64,000 bases of DNA, taken from contig JBEKVV010000001.1 of NCBI GenBank assembly GCA_049513715.1, forward strand, positions 1 through 64,000, read 5' to 3'. Origin of the DNA: Candidatus Bathyarchaeia archaeon. Its GTDB lineage: Archaea; Thermoproteota; Bathyarchaeia; 40CM-2-53-6. Under the pieces are notes generated by a model. It was not told where the DNA came from. It searched no databases and was given only the letters and a program-made list of their open reading frames with translations. Of the stretch, positions 9,912 through 19,552 are shown piece after piece. A program made the translations under genes and the position numbers. The first letter of the stretch is position 1; every line of letters starts with the position of its first letter.

Positions 9912-10048
9912 TTGACTGGAAAAATTCTCCCAGAAGACGCATGTTCAGCCTGCAAAGGGAAGGGGAGGTTCCCAGTTTGAACGTGAGGGCGTTTCAGGAA
10001 TGGACTTGCCAAGAATGCAACGGAACAGGGAAAAAGTCTCAAGCCTAG
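9912..10048 (+). pseudogene. DnaJ-type CxxCxGxG Zn-finger mini-protein split by a 1-nt frameshift
   Basis: TTG..CSACKGKG in one frame and CQECNGTGK in the adjacent frame, junction in GGGAAGGGGAGG. Confidence 0.55.
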
Positions 10049-10502
10049 CCTTCAAGCAGCTTTCGTGTACTCGGTGGCCCGGGTCCAAATGCTTGCGACC
10101 TGGTAAAATCAACCCATCCACTGGCAGTTAGCGGAGAAATCGCCGAATTGTTTTGCGCCATGAGTAACGCGCACCAGCAGGCCCACCACGAGCTTTCGGA
10201 GTAGAGATATCGTGTCTCTGTACTCACGTTCTGTGATTTCTTCCCTCCTCCGGAGTCACAGTGGCTGCTTACTTTGACTGTTACATCGTCCTCTAGGTTT
10301 TGTTGAATCCAGCGCCACGGTTCATCACCGCGCCTGCATATTCTGGAATCCTTGTTCGAAACGTCCGGCCATATCAGTGTTATCAGCCAGTCCAGAGACC
10401 ACAAAAGGCCCATGCCATTCAAGCCATGCTGTTTCCATAGTTGCACTTGCTGAGTCTCGCCACGCTAAAGTACCCGATCCGAAGAAAGGTTTCTTGGGAA
10501 GG

Positions 10503-11612
10503 TTGCTCGGGCACTACATCTCCGACACTTGGCGTGACCAGACGGTAAGAGAAAGGCTGTCTTGGTACTATGACGTACTACGGGATCTAAGGCCATCAAA
10601 GTTCCTAATCTGCAAGGAAATCGCCTGCGAACATGACCCCGGCCTCATGACAGAGACGCAATTATGGCAGGAACACGACAGGCTGCGACTGGAATTTCTC
10701 AACAGATTGAGAGAGTTAAGAGAGAGCGAAATTCCTTCCGACAGATCTCAGAAACCGCAGTTCAGTTTCTTAGATGTCAAAGTCGAACTTCTGAATCGTA
10801 TTCTTCGAAAATGTGTGTTCTGCGAGTGGCGATGTAAGGTCGACCGCGTCGAAGGCAAAAGGAAAGGCGCTTGCCACCTAGATAGCACGGCCAGAGTTGC
10901 AACCTTCTTTCGGCATTTCGGGGAGGAACCTCCATTAGTGGATCGGCATGGCTCAGGAACAATCTTCTTCACGTCATGCACCTTCAGGTGCGCTTTCTGT
11001 CAGAACTATGATATCTCCCAGGACCCTACGGCAGGGGCTGCGGTTTCACCTGGAAACCTCTCCCTGATAATCAAGTCGTTGAGAAGTGAGGGGGCGGCGA
11101 ATATCAATTTCGTTGGAGGCGAACCGACGCCGAATCTTCACATAATCATAGAAGCCCTGAACCTCACCTCTGTAAATGTGCCAATCCTATGGAACAGCAA
11201 CATGTACCTGACCTCGGAAGCCATGCAAATCTTGGCGGATGTCGTGGATATTTGGCTGCCCGACTTCAAGTGGGGCAACGACCGTTGCGCCGTCAAATAC
11301 TCGCGGGTAGTCAGATACTTCGATGCGGTCTCTCGAAACCACGCCATGGCCCGCGAAAATGGCGATATGATAGTCAGGCATCTTGTTATGCCCGGCCATG
11401 TAGAATGCTGCACCAAACCTATTCTCGACTGGATGGCAGAAAATTGTCCACGTGCTCTAGTCAACGTAATGAGTCAATACAGGCCTGAACATCTCGTTCT
11501 CAGGGAACCAGAGAAATACCGAGAGATCGCTCGCTGCCCTAGCACGCAGGAAATAAGGGAGGCGCGCGCCTACGCTGACCAGCTTGGCCTCGTCTGGAAG
11601 CCAGTGTCCTGA
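10503..11612 (+). CDS. Radical SAM protein, PflX-like (PFL-activating enzyme family)
   Basis: CVFCEWRC..GAC N-terminal motif, HFGEE, CTFRCAFCQN, GGEPTP, RHLVMPGH; start uncertain (ORF open from 10377). Confidence 0.9.
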   Translation: MLGHYISDTWRDQTVRERLSWYYDVLRDLRPSKFLICKEIACEHDPGLMTETQLWQEHDRLRLEFLNRLRELRESEIPSDRSQKPQFSFLDVKVELLNRILRKCVFCEWRCKVDRVEGKRKGACHLDSTARVATFFRHFGEEPPLVDRHGSGTIFFTSCTFRCAFCQNYDISQDPTAGAAVSPGNLSLIIKSLRSEGAANINFVGGEPTPNLHIIIEALNLTSVNVPILWNSNMYLTSEAMQILADVVDIWLPDFKWGNDRCAVKYSRVVRYFDAVSRNHAMARENGDMIVRHLVMPGHVECCTKPILDWMAENCPRALVNVMSQYRPEHLVLREPEKYREIARCPSTQEIREARAYADQLGLVWKPVS

Positions 11613-11829
11613 GAAGAATAATCGTGACCACGAACTTCGAACTGCAAATTAGAAAGTCATGTCAAGTTGATTGTGGCGTTCGTCCGATCCCGCCGGGGTT
11701 TGAACCCACTTTGTGATATACGAGCGCTCTGACTCTTGCACCTGTTCTAAGACATGTTGTCTTCGGTGGGATACCTTCTTGCTATTACCCTGTCCATCGC
11801 AATTACAAATATCCGGCCGATCTATAATG

Positions 11830-13254
11830 TCATTCACGGTATTTGTAGTGGCCTTCGAAAATGTCCTTGGTCTTGCGGGTTTCTTCTTCGTAGTATTCGT
11901 CGTCGTATGCGGGTGTTGTGAGTGATGCGGAGAAGTCGTAGATGCCGGACCATTTGAGGTCGACGATTCGTCGGATTCTCTTCGCGACATCGGGAACTGG
12001 GATGCGTTCGATTAGTGGCTCAAAGAACCCGACTATGATGAGCTTCTTGGCTTCGTCTTCTGATAGGCCTCGGGCCATGAGGTAGAAGATCTGCTCGTCG
12101 TTGATCTGTGAGACCGAGGCTGAGTGGGTGGCTTTCACCTCGTTCGTCTCAATCTCCAACCCAGGAATAGCGTCAGCCAAGGCATCTTTGCCTAGAATCA
12201 TGCCGTGCTCGGCTAGGTAGGCGCGTGAGTTCTTTGCGGTCTTCTCGATTCGAATCATGCCCTTGAACAACGACCTAGCCTTGTCTTTCACCACACCCTT
12301 TGAGATGGCGTGGCCGCTCGTGTTCTCACCAATATGAGTAATGTTTGACACCGCGTCGAACCTTTGCGTCCCCGCTCCGAAGACAACCTCCACGTTCTCA
12401 GACGACGCTCCACGCCCTGTCATCGCGCTCTCAAGCCGCGACCTCGTATACGCACCACCAAGCAGCCCAGACGACCAAACAATCTTACTATCGCGTTCCC
12501 CGATGGATTTCTTGTTCATGAAGATGTTGACGTTAGGGGCAAGGTTGTTGATGCTCGCGTACGTAACCTCCGCTCCGTCACGCAGGTGTACCTCGGAGAG
12601 GCCACTGTACGCTGATTTTTTCACTTGGCCAGTCAACCGTGTTGAGTAGAGCTCCTCTAGAACTGTGAACTTACTTCTGGGCTCTGCCATGACCAAGTTC
12701 TGCGCGAAGAGTCCGCCGCCTTCTGAATCCAGTATCGTCACTTGCCTAAATGGGAGGGTCACCTCGATGCCCTTAGGGACATGCAGGAAGATTCCTGAAG
12801 TGAAGAGAGCGTTATTCAAAGCCGCGAACTTGTCAGCTTCCGGCAGAATTGCCTTCTCCAGGAAATAGCGCCTAAAGTACTCAGGGTCCTTGCGAATCAC
12901 TGTCCCAATATCGGTGAAGGCCAAGCCCTCTTTCTGAAGAGGAGCTGGTACTTCGGGTAGAATGGTTTTCGATTCAATTTGGTAAATCGTGAGCGCCCTT
13001 TCTGTTTTGAGTTTGCTTACGATGTCTTCAGTGGTCGTCTTTGTAGGCTCGGGTAACTTGAGGTTGAGTGATTCTAGGTCAAGGCCTGTGAGGTCGACGT
13101 ATTTGGTGTAAAGGCTTGATAGCTCGGGTGCTAGGTTATGGAAGAGGTTTAGGGATTTGATTCGAAATTCCTGCAGCCACTCGGGTTCCTGCCTGGATTT
13201 AGAGAGCGTTCTAACGAACTCTTCGCTCGCTTGGGTCAGTGTCAACTCAGACAT
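11830..13254 (-). CDS. sufD: Fe-S cluster assembly protein SufD (SufB/D family)
   Basis: DKFAALNNA, IPGLEIETNEVKATHSASV, FYLMARG; follows sufB. Confidence 0.92.
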   Translation of the reverse strand: MSELTLTQASEEFVRTLSKSRQEPEWLQEFRIKSLNLFHNLAPELSSLYTKYVDLTGLDLESLNLKLPEPTKTTTEDIVSKLKTERALTIYQIESKTILPEVPAPLQKEGLAFTDIGTVIRKDPEYFRRYFLEKAILPEADKFAALNNALFTSGIFLHVPKGIEVTLPFRQVTILDSEGGGLFAQNLVMAEPRSKFTVLEELYSTRLTGQVKKSAYSGLSEVHLRDGAEVTYASINNLAPNVNIFMNKKSIGERDSKIVWSSGLLGGAYTRSRLESAMTGRGASSENVEVVFGAGTQRFDAVSNITHIGENTSGHAISKGVVKDKARSLFKGMIRIEKTAKNSRAYLAEHGMILGKDALADAIPGLEIETNEVKATHSASVSQINDEQIFYLMARGLSEDEAKKLIIVGFFEPLIERIPVPDVAKRIRRIVDLKWSGIYDFSASLTTPAYDDEYYEEETRKTKDIFEGHYKYRE

Positions 13255-13302
13255 CGTTGCACACGCTCGCTCGGTATAGGTGTGGATGGAGTGAAAAAGG
13301 GT

Positions 13303-14706
13303 TTAGCCGACTGAGCCGGCCATTTCCATCTGAATCAGCCTGTTCAGCTCGATCGCGTACTCCATCGGCAATTCCTTTGTGAACGGTTCCATGAACCCCA
13401 TGACTATCATGCTGAGTGCATCTTGCTCTGATAGCCCTCGGGACATCAGGTAGAAGAGTTGATCTTCGCCAATCTTGCCGACAGTGGCCTCGTGGGTTGT
13501 GGTGGCGTCGTCTTCGTTAATCTCATTGTACGGGTAAGTGTCAGTTCGTGAGTATTCATCAAGCAATAGCGCGTCACATCTTACCGTTGACTTGACGCCT
13601 TTTGCTCCTTTCGCTACATGCAATAATCCTCGGTAGGTTGTTCTGCCGCCATCCTTTGAAACTGATTTTGAGGTGATTCTGGAGGTTGTGTTGGGAGCAA
13701 GGTGGACAACTTTGCCGCCTGCGTCTTGGTGCTGGCCTTTGCCTGCGAATGCGACTGAGAGGATCTCGCCTTTCGCGCCTGGGCCGAGCAGGTAGATTGA
13801 GGGATATTTCATGGTGAGTTTGCTGCCGAGGTTGCCGTCCACCCATTCCACGGTGGCGTTCTCGTAAGCGTACGCACGCTTCGTGACGAGGTTGTAGACG
13901 TCGTTCGACCAGTTCTGGATTGTCGTGTATCGGACGTGGGCTCCCGCTTTTGCGATAATCTCAACAACAGCAGAATGCAATGAATCCGTAGAGTAGATTG
14001 GTGCTGTGCAGCCTTCTATGTAGTGAAGGCGGCTGTTCTTATCGGCTATGATGAGTGTCCGTTCGAATTGTCCCATGTTTTGCGTGTTGATTCTGAAGTA
14101 TGCTTGGAGTGGGACATCGACCGTAACCCCTTCGGGAACATAGATGAAGCTTCCACCGCTCCAAACGGCACTGTTCAGCGCCGCGAACTTGTTGTCCTCT
14201 GGAGGTACAACGGTGCTAAAATATTTCTTGAAAATCTCAGGGTACTCCCTAAGCGCGGTGTCTGTGTCAGTGAATATGATGCCTTTCTTCGCGAGGTCTT
14301 CCCTCAGGCTGTGGTAGACCACTTCAGACTCGTATTGGGCTCCGACTCCACCGAGGAATTTCCGCTCGGCTTCAGGAATCCCCAGCTTGTCGAACGTATC
14401 CTTGATGTAGCTTGGAACGTCGTCCCATGAGCGGCTTTTTCGTTCGGTAGAGCTTGCGTAGTAAACCATCTCGTCAAACTTCAGTGTATTTAGGTCGCCG
14501 CCCCATTGGGGTAGTTTACGCTTCATGAAATGATCGTATGAGCGTAGCCTGAACTGACGCATCCAGTCAGGTTCCTTCTTGATTCTGGAGATATGCTCGA
14601 CAACTTCCCTGGTTAGGCCCTTCGGGAACTTGTACTCGTAGCCCGCGTCGGAGTCTCGGAAATTGTACTTGGTATAGTCTATGTCCAGAACCTGTTTGGT
14701 TGCCAT
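13303..14706 (-). CDS. sufB: Fe-S cluster assembly protein SufB
   Basis: [44 protein letters not shown]. Confidence 0.98.
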   Translation of the reverse strand: MATKQVLDIDYTKYNFRDSDAGYEYKFPKGLTREVVEHISRIKKEPDWMRQFRLRSYDHFMKRKLPQWGGDLNTLKFDEMVYYASSTERKSRSWDDVPSYIKDTFDKLGIPEAERKFLGGVGAQYESEVVYHSLREDLAKKGIIFTDTDTALREYPEIFKKYFSTVVPPEDNKFAALNSAVWSGGSFIYVPEGVTVDVPLQAYFRINTQNMGQFERTLIIADKNSRLHYIEGCTAPIYSTDSLHSAVVEIIAKAGAHVRYTTIQNWSNDVYNLVTKRAYAYENATVEWVDGNLGSKLTMKYPSIYLLGPGAKGEILSVAFAGKGQHQDAGGKVVHLAPNTTSRITSKSVSKDGGRTTYRGLLHVAKGAKGVKSTVRCDALLLDEYSRTDTYPYNEINEDDATTTHEATVGKIGEDQLFYLMSRGLSEQDALSMIVMGFMEPFTKELPMEYAIELNRLIQMEMAGSVG

Positions 14707-14727
14707 CGGTTGTCGAGGCCTCCTCAG

Positions 14728-14743
14728 TATGACATACGTATTA
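14728..14743. promoter_or_regulatory. Putative operator (TATGAC-ATAC-GTATTA) overlapping an internal sufB promoter
   Basis: Same motif and near-identical offset from the start codon (22 bp) as the copy before the Cys-rich HTH gene (23 bp). Confidence 0.55.
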
Positions 14744-14752
14744 ATGTTCCTT

Positions 14753-15550
14753 TCAATTCGCTACAGGCGTAGCTTTGTGCTCAATCCACTCGTAGCCTTT
14801 CTCCTCAAGCATCTGAGCCAGTTCTGGCCCGCCTGACTGGAAGATTTTTCCATCCGCCATAATGTGAACGAATTGTGGTTTGATGTACTGAAGGATCCGC
14901 TGGTAGTGAGTAATCAGCAATACACCCATCTTCGGTCCCGCCATCTTCGCCACCACTTCCGCAACCTTCCGCACCGCATCAATATCTAACCCAGAATCAG
15001 TTTCGTCCATGATTGCGATCGCGGGCTCTAGAATCGCCATCTGGAGAACTTCCGCGCGTTTCTTCTCCCCACCAGAGAACCCTTCGTTCAAGTAGCGTTT
15101 CGAGAACGCTGGGTCCATGTCAACCTCCTTCAACTTCTCCTCCAGTTTCTTCTTGAAAGCGAGGGCTGAGATCATCTCGCCGCCAACGCCTTTCTCGTCA
15201 GGCTTCTGCGTTGCGTTCCCGTGCACTGACCTGTATGCGGAGCGAAGGAATTGGGCGAGTGGTACTCCTGAGATTTCAAGCGGGTACTGGAAGGCAAGGA
15301 AGAGGCCTTTCTTTGCGCGAAGGTCTGGAGATAGGCCGACGATGCTTTCTCCGTTAACGAGGATGTCGCCGCTGTCAACCTTGTATTTCGGGTGGCCCAT
15401 CAGCGTGTTCGCTAAAGTGCTCTTTCCGGAGCCGTTGGGTCCCATAATGGCATGAATTTCACCTTGGGAGACTTTCAGGTTCACGCCTTTCAAAATCTGT
15501 TTAGATTCAATACTAACGTGTAGGTCTTTGATTTCCAACGTGGTCGGCAT
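14753..15550 (-). CDS. sufC: Fe-S cluster assembly ABC ATPase SufC
   Basis: [37 protein letters not shown]. Confidence 0.98.
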   Translation of the reverse strand: MPTTLEIKDLHVSIESKQILKGVNLKVSQGEIHAIMGPNGSGKSTLANTLMGHPKYKVDSGDILVNGESIVGLSPDLRAKKGLFLAFQYPLEISGVPLAQFLRSAYRSVHGNATQKPDEKGVGGEMISALAFKKKLEEKLKEVDMDPAFSKRYLNEGFSGGEKKRAEVLQMAILEPAIAIMDETDSGLDIDAVRKVAEVVAKMAGPKMGVLLITHYQRILQYIKPQFVHIMADGKIFQSGGPELAQMLEEKGYEWIEHKATPVAN

Positions 15551-15595
15551 TATTCTTCCCTAGTGGAATGGATTTGCGCGCTAACACTCTTTTGT

Positions 15596-15622
15596 GTTTA
15601 TATAAGTATGACGTACGTTATG
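15596..15622 (-). promoter_or_regulatory. sufC promoter: TATA box plus adjacent palindrome TATGAC-GTAC-GTTATG
   Basis: Minus-strand CTTATATAAAC at 15596-15606; palindrome at 15607-15622. Confidence 0.65.
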
Positions 15623-15628
15623 AAAATC

Positions 15629-15739
15629 TCAGAACCCTACTGGTAACGGAGACGACTTTCGGTAGGGGCCGCGCTTCCGCTTGCGGGCTTTATTTCTCAG
15701 ATGAATTTCCCGCTCGATCTCATCATCAACCTCAGGCAT
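15629..15739 (-). CDS. Small basic protein (36 aa) with RKRKRGPYRKS motif
   Basis: Manual translation MPEVDDEIEREIHLRNKARKRKRGPYRKSSPLPVGF; GGAG upstream; below the ORF-track cutoff. Confidence 0.55.
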   Translation of the reverse strand: MPEVDDEIEREIHLRNKARKRKRGPYRKSSPLPVGF

Positions 15740-15789
15740 TTTGACCAGGCTCCACTAAGCGCAAACCGCAATTTCAATGTTCAAGAACA

Positions 15790-16269
15790 CTACTTTGCTT
15801 TCTGGTCCTTGTTCACGGGCTCATAGGTTACGCCCGTAGAACCCTTGTCGCCATGGAAGACTGAGTGGTATTCGCCGATGTTCGTTGCTGGCCTTGAGAG
15901 GCGTTCTGGGCTCCACAGAAGCAAATCACGATCGTACTCAGCCAACTCGTAATCGGGCGTGTAATCCAACGCTCCAGTCGGACAGTAGTCTGTGCAAAAA
16001 TGACAAAAACAGCAGCGAGCGTACCAGTATTGGGGGAAACGGCCTTCAGGGTTCTGTGGGTACTCTTTCTTTTCTGTGGGCGGGACGAGTGTGATGCATT
16101 TTTCCGGGCAGATCCAGGCGCAGATGCCGCAACCTGTGCACTTGGCCATGTAGAGTTGGTGGCGTCCGCGGAATCCCTTGGGAAGCTGGAGCTTCTGGTA
16201 GGGATATTTCATTGTGAGTGTGTGCTTGAACATGGTCTTCACGCCCTCGTACATTTCGCTAAGTATCAT
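15790..16269 (-). CDS. nuoI: Complex I-like subunit I (2x[4Fe-4S])
   Basis: T..YP, FRGRH, CTGCGICAWICP and CCFCHFCTDYCP. Confidence 0.95.
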   Translation of the reverse strand: MILSEMYEGVKTMFKHTLTMKYPYQKLQLPKGFRGRHQLYMAKCTGCGICAWICPEKCITLVPPTEKKEYPQNPEGRFPQYWYARCCFCHFCTDYCPTGALDYTPDYELAEYDRDLLLWSPERLSRPATNIGEYHSVFHGDKGSTGVTYEPVNKDQKAK

Positions 16270-16288
16270 GGCTCTCCATGGCCTCCGT

Positions 16289-17437
16289 TCAGCGGTCTGC
16301 CTCTACGGGCCAGTAGTCCAAACTGCCGTAGATAATTGGCATGTCGGCCACGTGGACGTTGCGGATTAGGATTGGGAGTGCGATTAGGTTTCTGAAGGAG
16401 CCGTTCATTATTTTGACGCGGTATGGTTTGTCGCTGTTGTCACCCATAACCATCACAGTATACTCCCCCCGGGATGATTCCACGCGGCCTACTGCTTCAC
16501 CTTCAGGTGCAACCAATGGTGCCTTTCGGGCTATGGGGCCAATCGGAATCTTCTCAAGGGCTTGTCTGATGATTTTGATGCTTTGTTTCATTTCGTCGAA
16601 TCTTACCATGAAGCGTGCGTACGAGTCTCCTTCTTCGTAGGTGGGGATTTCGAAATCCAGGTCGGCGTAGGCTCCGTAAGGTTCCACCTTTCGCACGTCG
16701 TACTTGACGCCTGAGGCCCGGAGCACGGGGCCTGTGACCCCCAGTTTGATAGCGTCCTCTCGTTTCAATACGCCGATTCCTTTCGCGCGGGCTATGACGA
16801 GTGGGTTGTGGAAAAAGATGCGGGTATACTCGACGAGTCTCTTTTCGAAGTAGTCGAGTAGTTTGGCGAGTTTCCCCTCGAACCCTGATGGGAGGTCGCG
16901 CCTCGGCCCGCCGGGTGGGAGGAACGAGTACGTTAGGCGAGCACCCGTCAACATTTCAGCGAGTTCGATGAAGAGGTCGCGGTCGGCGAAGGCCCACATG
17001 AAAATGGTTGTGTGCCCTGAGAAGACGCCTGCGTTAATCGCTAACCAATAGAGGTGGCTCATGATGCGGTTCATTTCGGCGGCGATGGTTGCGATGTATT
17101 GGCCTCTTGGTGGAACCACCACGCCTTGCAGCTCTTCGATTGGCAGCACGTAGGCCCAGTTCAAGTGAATCGCATCAATGATGCATGGCCTCTCGAGATG
17201 GGGAATGTTGCTGACGTAGTTGCGGTACTCTGCGATCTTTTCGCAGCCCCGGTGAACGTACCCGATGTCGGGGTCCACGCTGAGTATGTAATCCCCATCG
17301 ACCCGAATCAGTAAACGGACATGGCCCGAGCCGGGGTGTTGCGGGCCCACGGACACGTCTAGTGTTGAAGGTTCATTGGTTTTGGAGATTGATATGACTG
17401 GGGTTGGCGGTTTCTCCTGTGCCGGAGGTGTTGTCAA
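16289..17437 (-). CDS. nuoD: Complex I-like subunit D
   Basis: GPQHPGSGH, GYVHRG.EK, GVTGPVLRASG, YWPVEADR; TTG start overlapping the nuoC stop. Confidence 0.95.
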   Translation of the reverse strand: MTTPPAQEKPPTPVISISKTNEPSTLDVSVGPQHPGSGHVRLLIRVDGDYILSVDPDIGYVHRGCEKIAEYRNYVSNIPHLERPCIIDAIHLNWAYVLPIEELQGVVVPPRGQYIATIAAEMNRIMSHLYWLAINAGVFSGHTTIFMWAFADRDLFIELAEMLTGARLTYSFLPPGGPRRDLPSGFEGKLAKLLDYFEKRLVEYTRIFFHNPLVIARAKGIGVLKREDAIKLGVTGPVLRASGVKYDVRKVEPYGAYADLDFEIPTYEEGDSYARFMVRFDEMKQSIKIIRQALEKIPIGPIARKAPLVAPEGEAVGRVESSRGEYTVMVMGDNSDKPYRVKIMNGSFRNLIALPILIRNVHVADMPIIYGSLDYWPVEADR

Positions 17438-17928
17438 CGTTGGCCCATCTCCGGGAACTTGAGGTCTTTCAACATAGGAGGGGGCCCGTCCCAATTATCA
17501 AGCGTCAAGAGCTTCCTCAGGTCTGGGTGCCCTTCGAAATTGACGCCAAACATTTCGAAGGTTTCGCGTTCATGGAAATGTGCGCTCTCCCAAACCGAGA
17601 CAACTGATTGAATTGCGGGATTTTCTCGAGGTAATTCCGCTTTCAGAATCACAAGCAGATCCTGCAGTTCCGGTTTTGAGAATGTACCCGTGAAGTAGAG
17701 GACTTCTATTTTCTTGTGCGTTGGGAAATCGATGCCCGCGACTCCCTTCAAATGGTCGAAGCCGAGTTCGTCGCGCATGAACCCTGCAATTTCCAGGACT
17801 TTGTCTTTGTCGAACGTAATCGACACGCGGCCTGCGCGGTCTATCTTGTTCTCCTTGATGGCTTCGGGGAAGCGAGCTTTCAGTTGGCTGATGATGCCTT
17901 CTTCCCTAGACAGCGCAACTTGGCTCAC
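17434..17928 (-). CDS. nuoC: Complex I-like subunit C
   Basis: A.FHERETFEMFGVNFEGHPDLRKLL. Confidence 0.95.
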   Translation of the reverse strand: MSQVALSREEGIISQLKARFPEAIKENKIDRAGRVSITFDKDKVLEIAGFMRDELGFDHLKGVAGIDFPTHKKIEVLYFTGTFSKPELQDLLVILKAELPRENPAIQSVVSVWESAHFHERETFEMFGVNFEGHPDLRKLLTLDNWDGPPPMLKDLKFPEMGQR

Positions 17929-18446
17929 TAGGCGAATACCTCTTCTCTGCGAATCTTCTCACGCAGCTTCACAATTGCGCTTAGGAGTGCCTCCGGCCTG
18001 GGGGGGCATCCTGGGACGTAGACATCTATCGGGAAGATCTTGTGAACGTCATTTACGATGCTGTAGGAGTCGTGGAAGAGGCCGCCCGAGCAGGCGCAGT
18101 CACCCATCGCTATAACGTAGCGTGGGTGGGGCATTTGCTCGTAGACGATTTTGAGGCGCTTGGCCATCTTCTTCGTAACCGTGCCCTCCACAATTAGGAG
18201 GTCGCATTGCCTGAGTCCACCAGCCACGGCTTGCATTCCAAACCTTTCCGGATCCAAGCGTGGGCCCATCATGGCGCCGAATTCCGCGCTGCAGCATGCG
18301 GTTGTGATATGAACCGGCCAGAGGGCATACATGCGGCTCCAGTTGATGAGGTATTTGACGGGGCCCGTACCTGTGATGGCCTGTACCACTTCACTCATTT
18401 TGCCAAGCCACGCTCCCGCAAAATCTTGCAGAAACCCTTGGCTCAT
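17928..18446 (-). CDS. nuoB: Complex I-like subunit B
   Basis: TACCSAE, MGDCACSGG, DVYVPGCPPRPE. Confidence 0.96.
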   Translation of the reverse strand: MSQGFLQDFAGAWLGKMSEVVQAITGTGPVKYLINWSRMYALWPVHITTACCSAEFGAMMGPRLDPERFGMQAVAGGLRQCDLLIVEGTVTKKMAKRLKIVYEQMPHPRYVIAMGDCACSGGLFHDSYSIVNDVHKIFPIDVYVPGCPPRPEALLSAIVKLREKIRREEVFA

Positions 18447-18593
18447 GGGCCTGAATCACGCTCCTATGGTCGGTTGATTACGGACACGGGAATAACCTAT
18501 CATTGAAAAAGTTTGTCAGGTGGCATTTGGGCCTGTCTCAGCAACAACAGACAAACCCAGCGCTCCTGGAGCATCTAGCGGATGAGCTTGCCT

Positions 18594-19052
18594 CTATTGA
18601 AGTCCTTTGAGCGCCGCTTCCACTTCGGCAGTATGCACCGAGACGTCGACCTTAGGAAACACTTTCACGATTTTGCCCTTCTTGTCTATGATGAAGGTAA
18701 CTCGGTTCGTTGATGTTCCGGTATCCTTGATGACGCCGTATGCGGTGGCGATTCTCTTGTTTTTGTCGCTGATAAGGGGGAAGGGGAGTTCATATTTCTC
18801 CATGAATCTTCTGTGGTCTTCGATGCTGTCCAAGCTGACTCCGATGATTTCGGCGCCCATTCTTCTTAGCGGTTCTATATTATCCCTGAAACTACAAGCC
18901 TCTCTCGTGCAACCTGGAGTATCGTCCTTCGGATAGAAGTAGAGAACGACGTTCTTCTTTCCGATGAAGTCCCTGAGGCCGAGGCGTGATCCGTCCGACG
19001 TTGGGCCTTCAAAATCTGGGGCCTGTTCTCCGACTTTGACTTTGATTTCCAT
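18594..19052 (-). CDS. bcp: Peroxiredoxin, BCP/PrxQ family
   Basis: LYFYPKDDTPGCTREACSFRD. Confidence 0.95.
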   Translation of the reverse strand: MEIKVKVGEQAPDFEGPTSDGSRLGLRDFIGKKNVVLYFYPKDDTPGCTREACSFRDNIEPLRRMGAEIIGVSLDSIEDHRRFMEKYELPFPLISDKNKRIATAYGVIKDTGTSTNRVTFIIDKKGKIVKVFPKVDVSVHTAEVEAALKGLQ

Positions 19053-19093
19053 TGGCGAGACCGGCCCCAATGTACGCGCATGGGCGGATTAGG

Positions 19094-19477
19094 TTATTGC
19101 TCGCAGACGTGGCAGGAGTTCACATCAATCCCAGGTTCGAGGCGTTTGTGCAAGTCGCACATGTACCTGTTCTTTCTGACGTATTCGCAGGCAGCCTCGA
19201 TTCTGCTCATGACCTCGACTGGTTTCACTTTCCTTGATGATACCATTTTGGCAATGCTGGTTGTGGCTTCATCGATCTCCTTGATCCCGTTGAGTCGAAT
19301 TGCTGCGCCACGTTTCTCGTGCAGGTATTTGCTCACGGCGGGTTGCGTGACTCCGAGAAGCTGAGCTGCTTCCTGCTGGGTCATTCCGTGGTCATCGACA
19401 AGTCTCTTTACAATGAGTGCCCGAAGTGCAGGAATGACGGACTTGGATGTCAACTCTTCAGGCAGTATCATGGGCAT
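19094..19477 (-). CDS. HTH transcriptional regulator (COG2522-like) with C-terminal Cys/His cluster
   Basis: MTQQEAAQLLGVTQPAVSKYL HTH; C-x9-C-x2-H-x11-C-x2-C tail. Confidence 0.85.
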   Translation of the reverse strand: MPMILPEELTSKSVIPALRALIVKRLVDDHGMTQQEAAQLLGVTQPAVSKYLHEKRGAAIRLNGIKEIDEATTSIAKMVSSRKVKPVEVMSRIEAACEYVRKNRYMCDLHKRLEPGIDVNSCHVCEQ

Positions 19478-19499
19478 GAGGAAATTCCACTTCTACGAG

Positions 19500-19520
19500 T
19501 ATGACGCAGGTTATATAAAC
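19500..19520 (-). promoter_or_regulatory. Promoter of HTH-bcp with palindrome TATGAC-GCAG-GTTATA overlapping the TATA box
   Basis: Palindrome 19500-19515; TTATATAAAC 19511-19520. Confidence 0.65.
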
Positions 19521-19552
19521 GTGCTATGCCCGTTTTCTTAAACCAATTGCGC

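Noticed and set aside
10045..10446. 133-aa minus-strand ORF
   Set aside because: Trp/Cys-rich, low-plausibility sequence with no motifs
11684..11710. tRNA-like GGGTTCAAACCCCGGCGGG on the minus strand
   Set aside because: T-stem only 3 bp, no CCA or other arms; too weak to call
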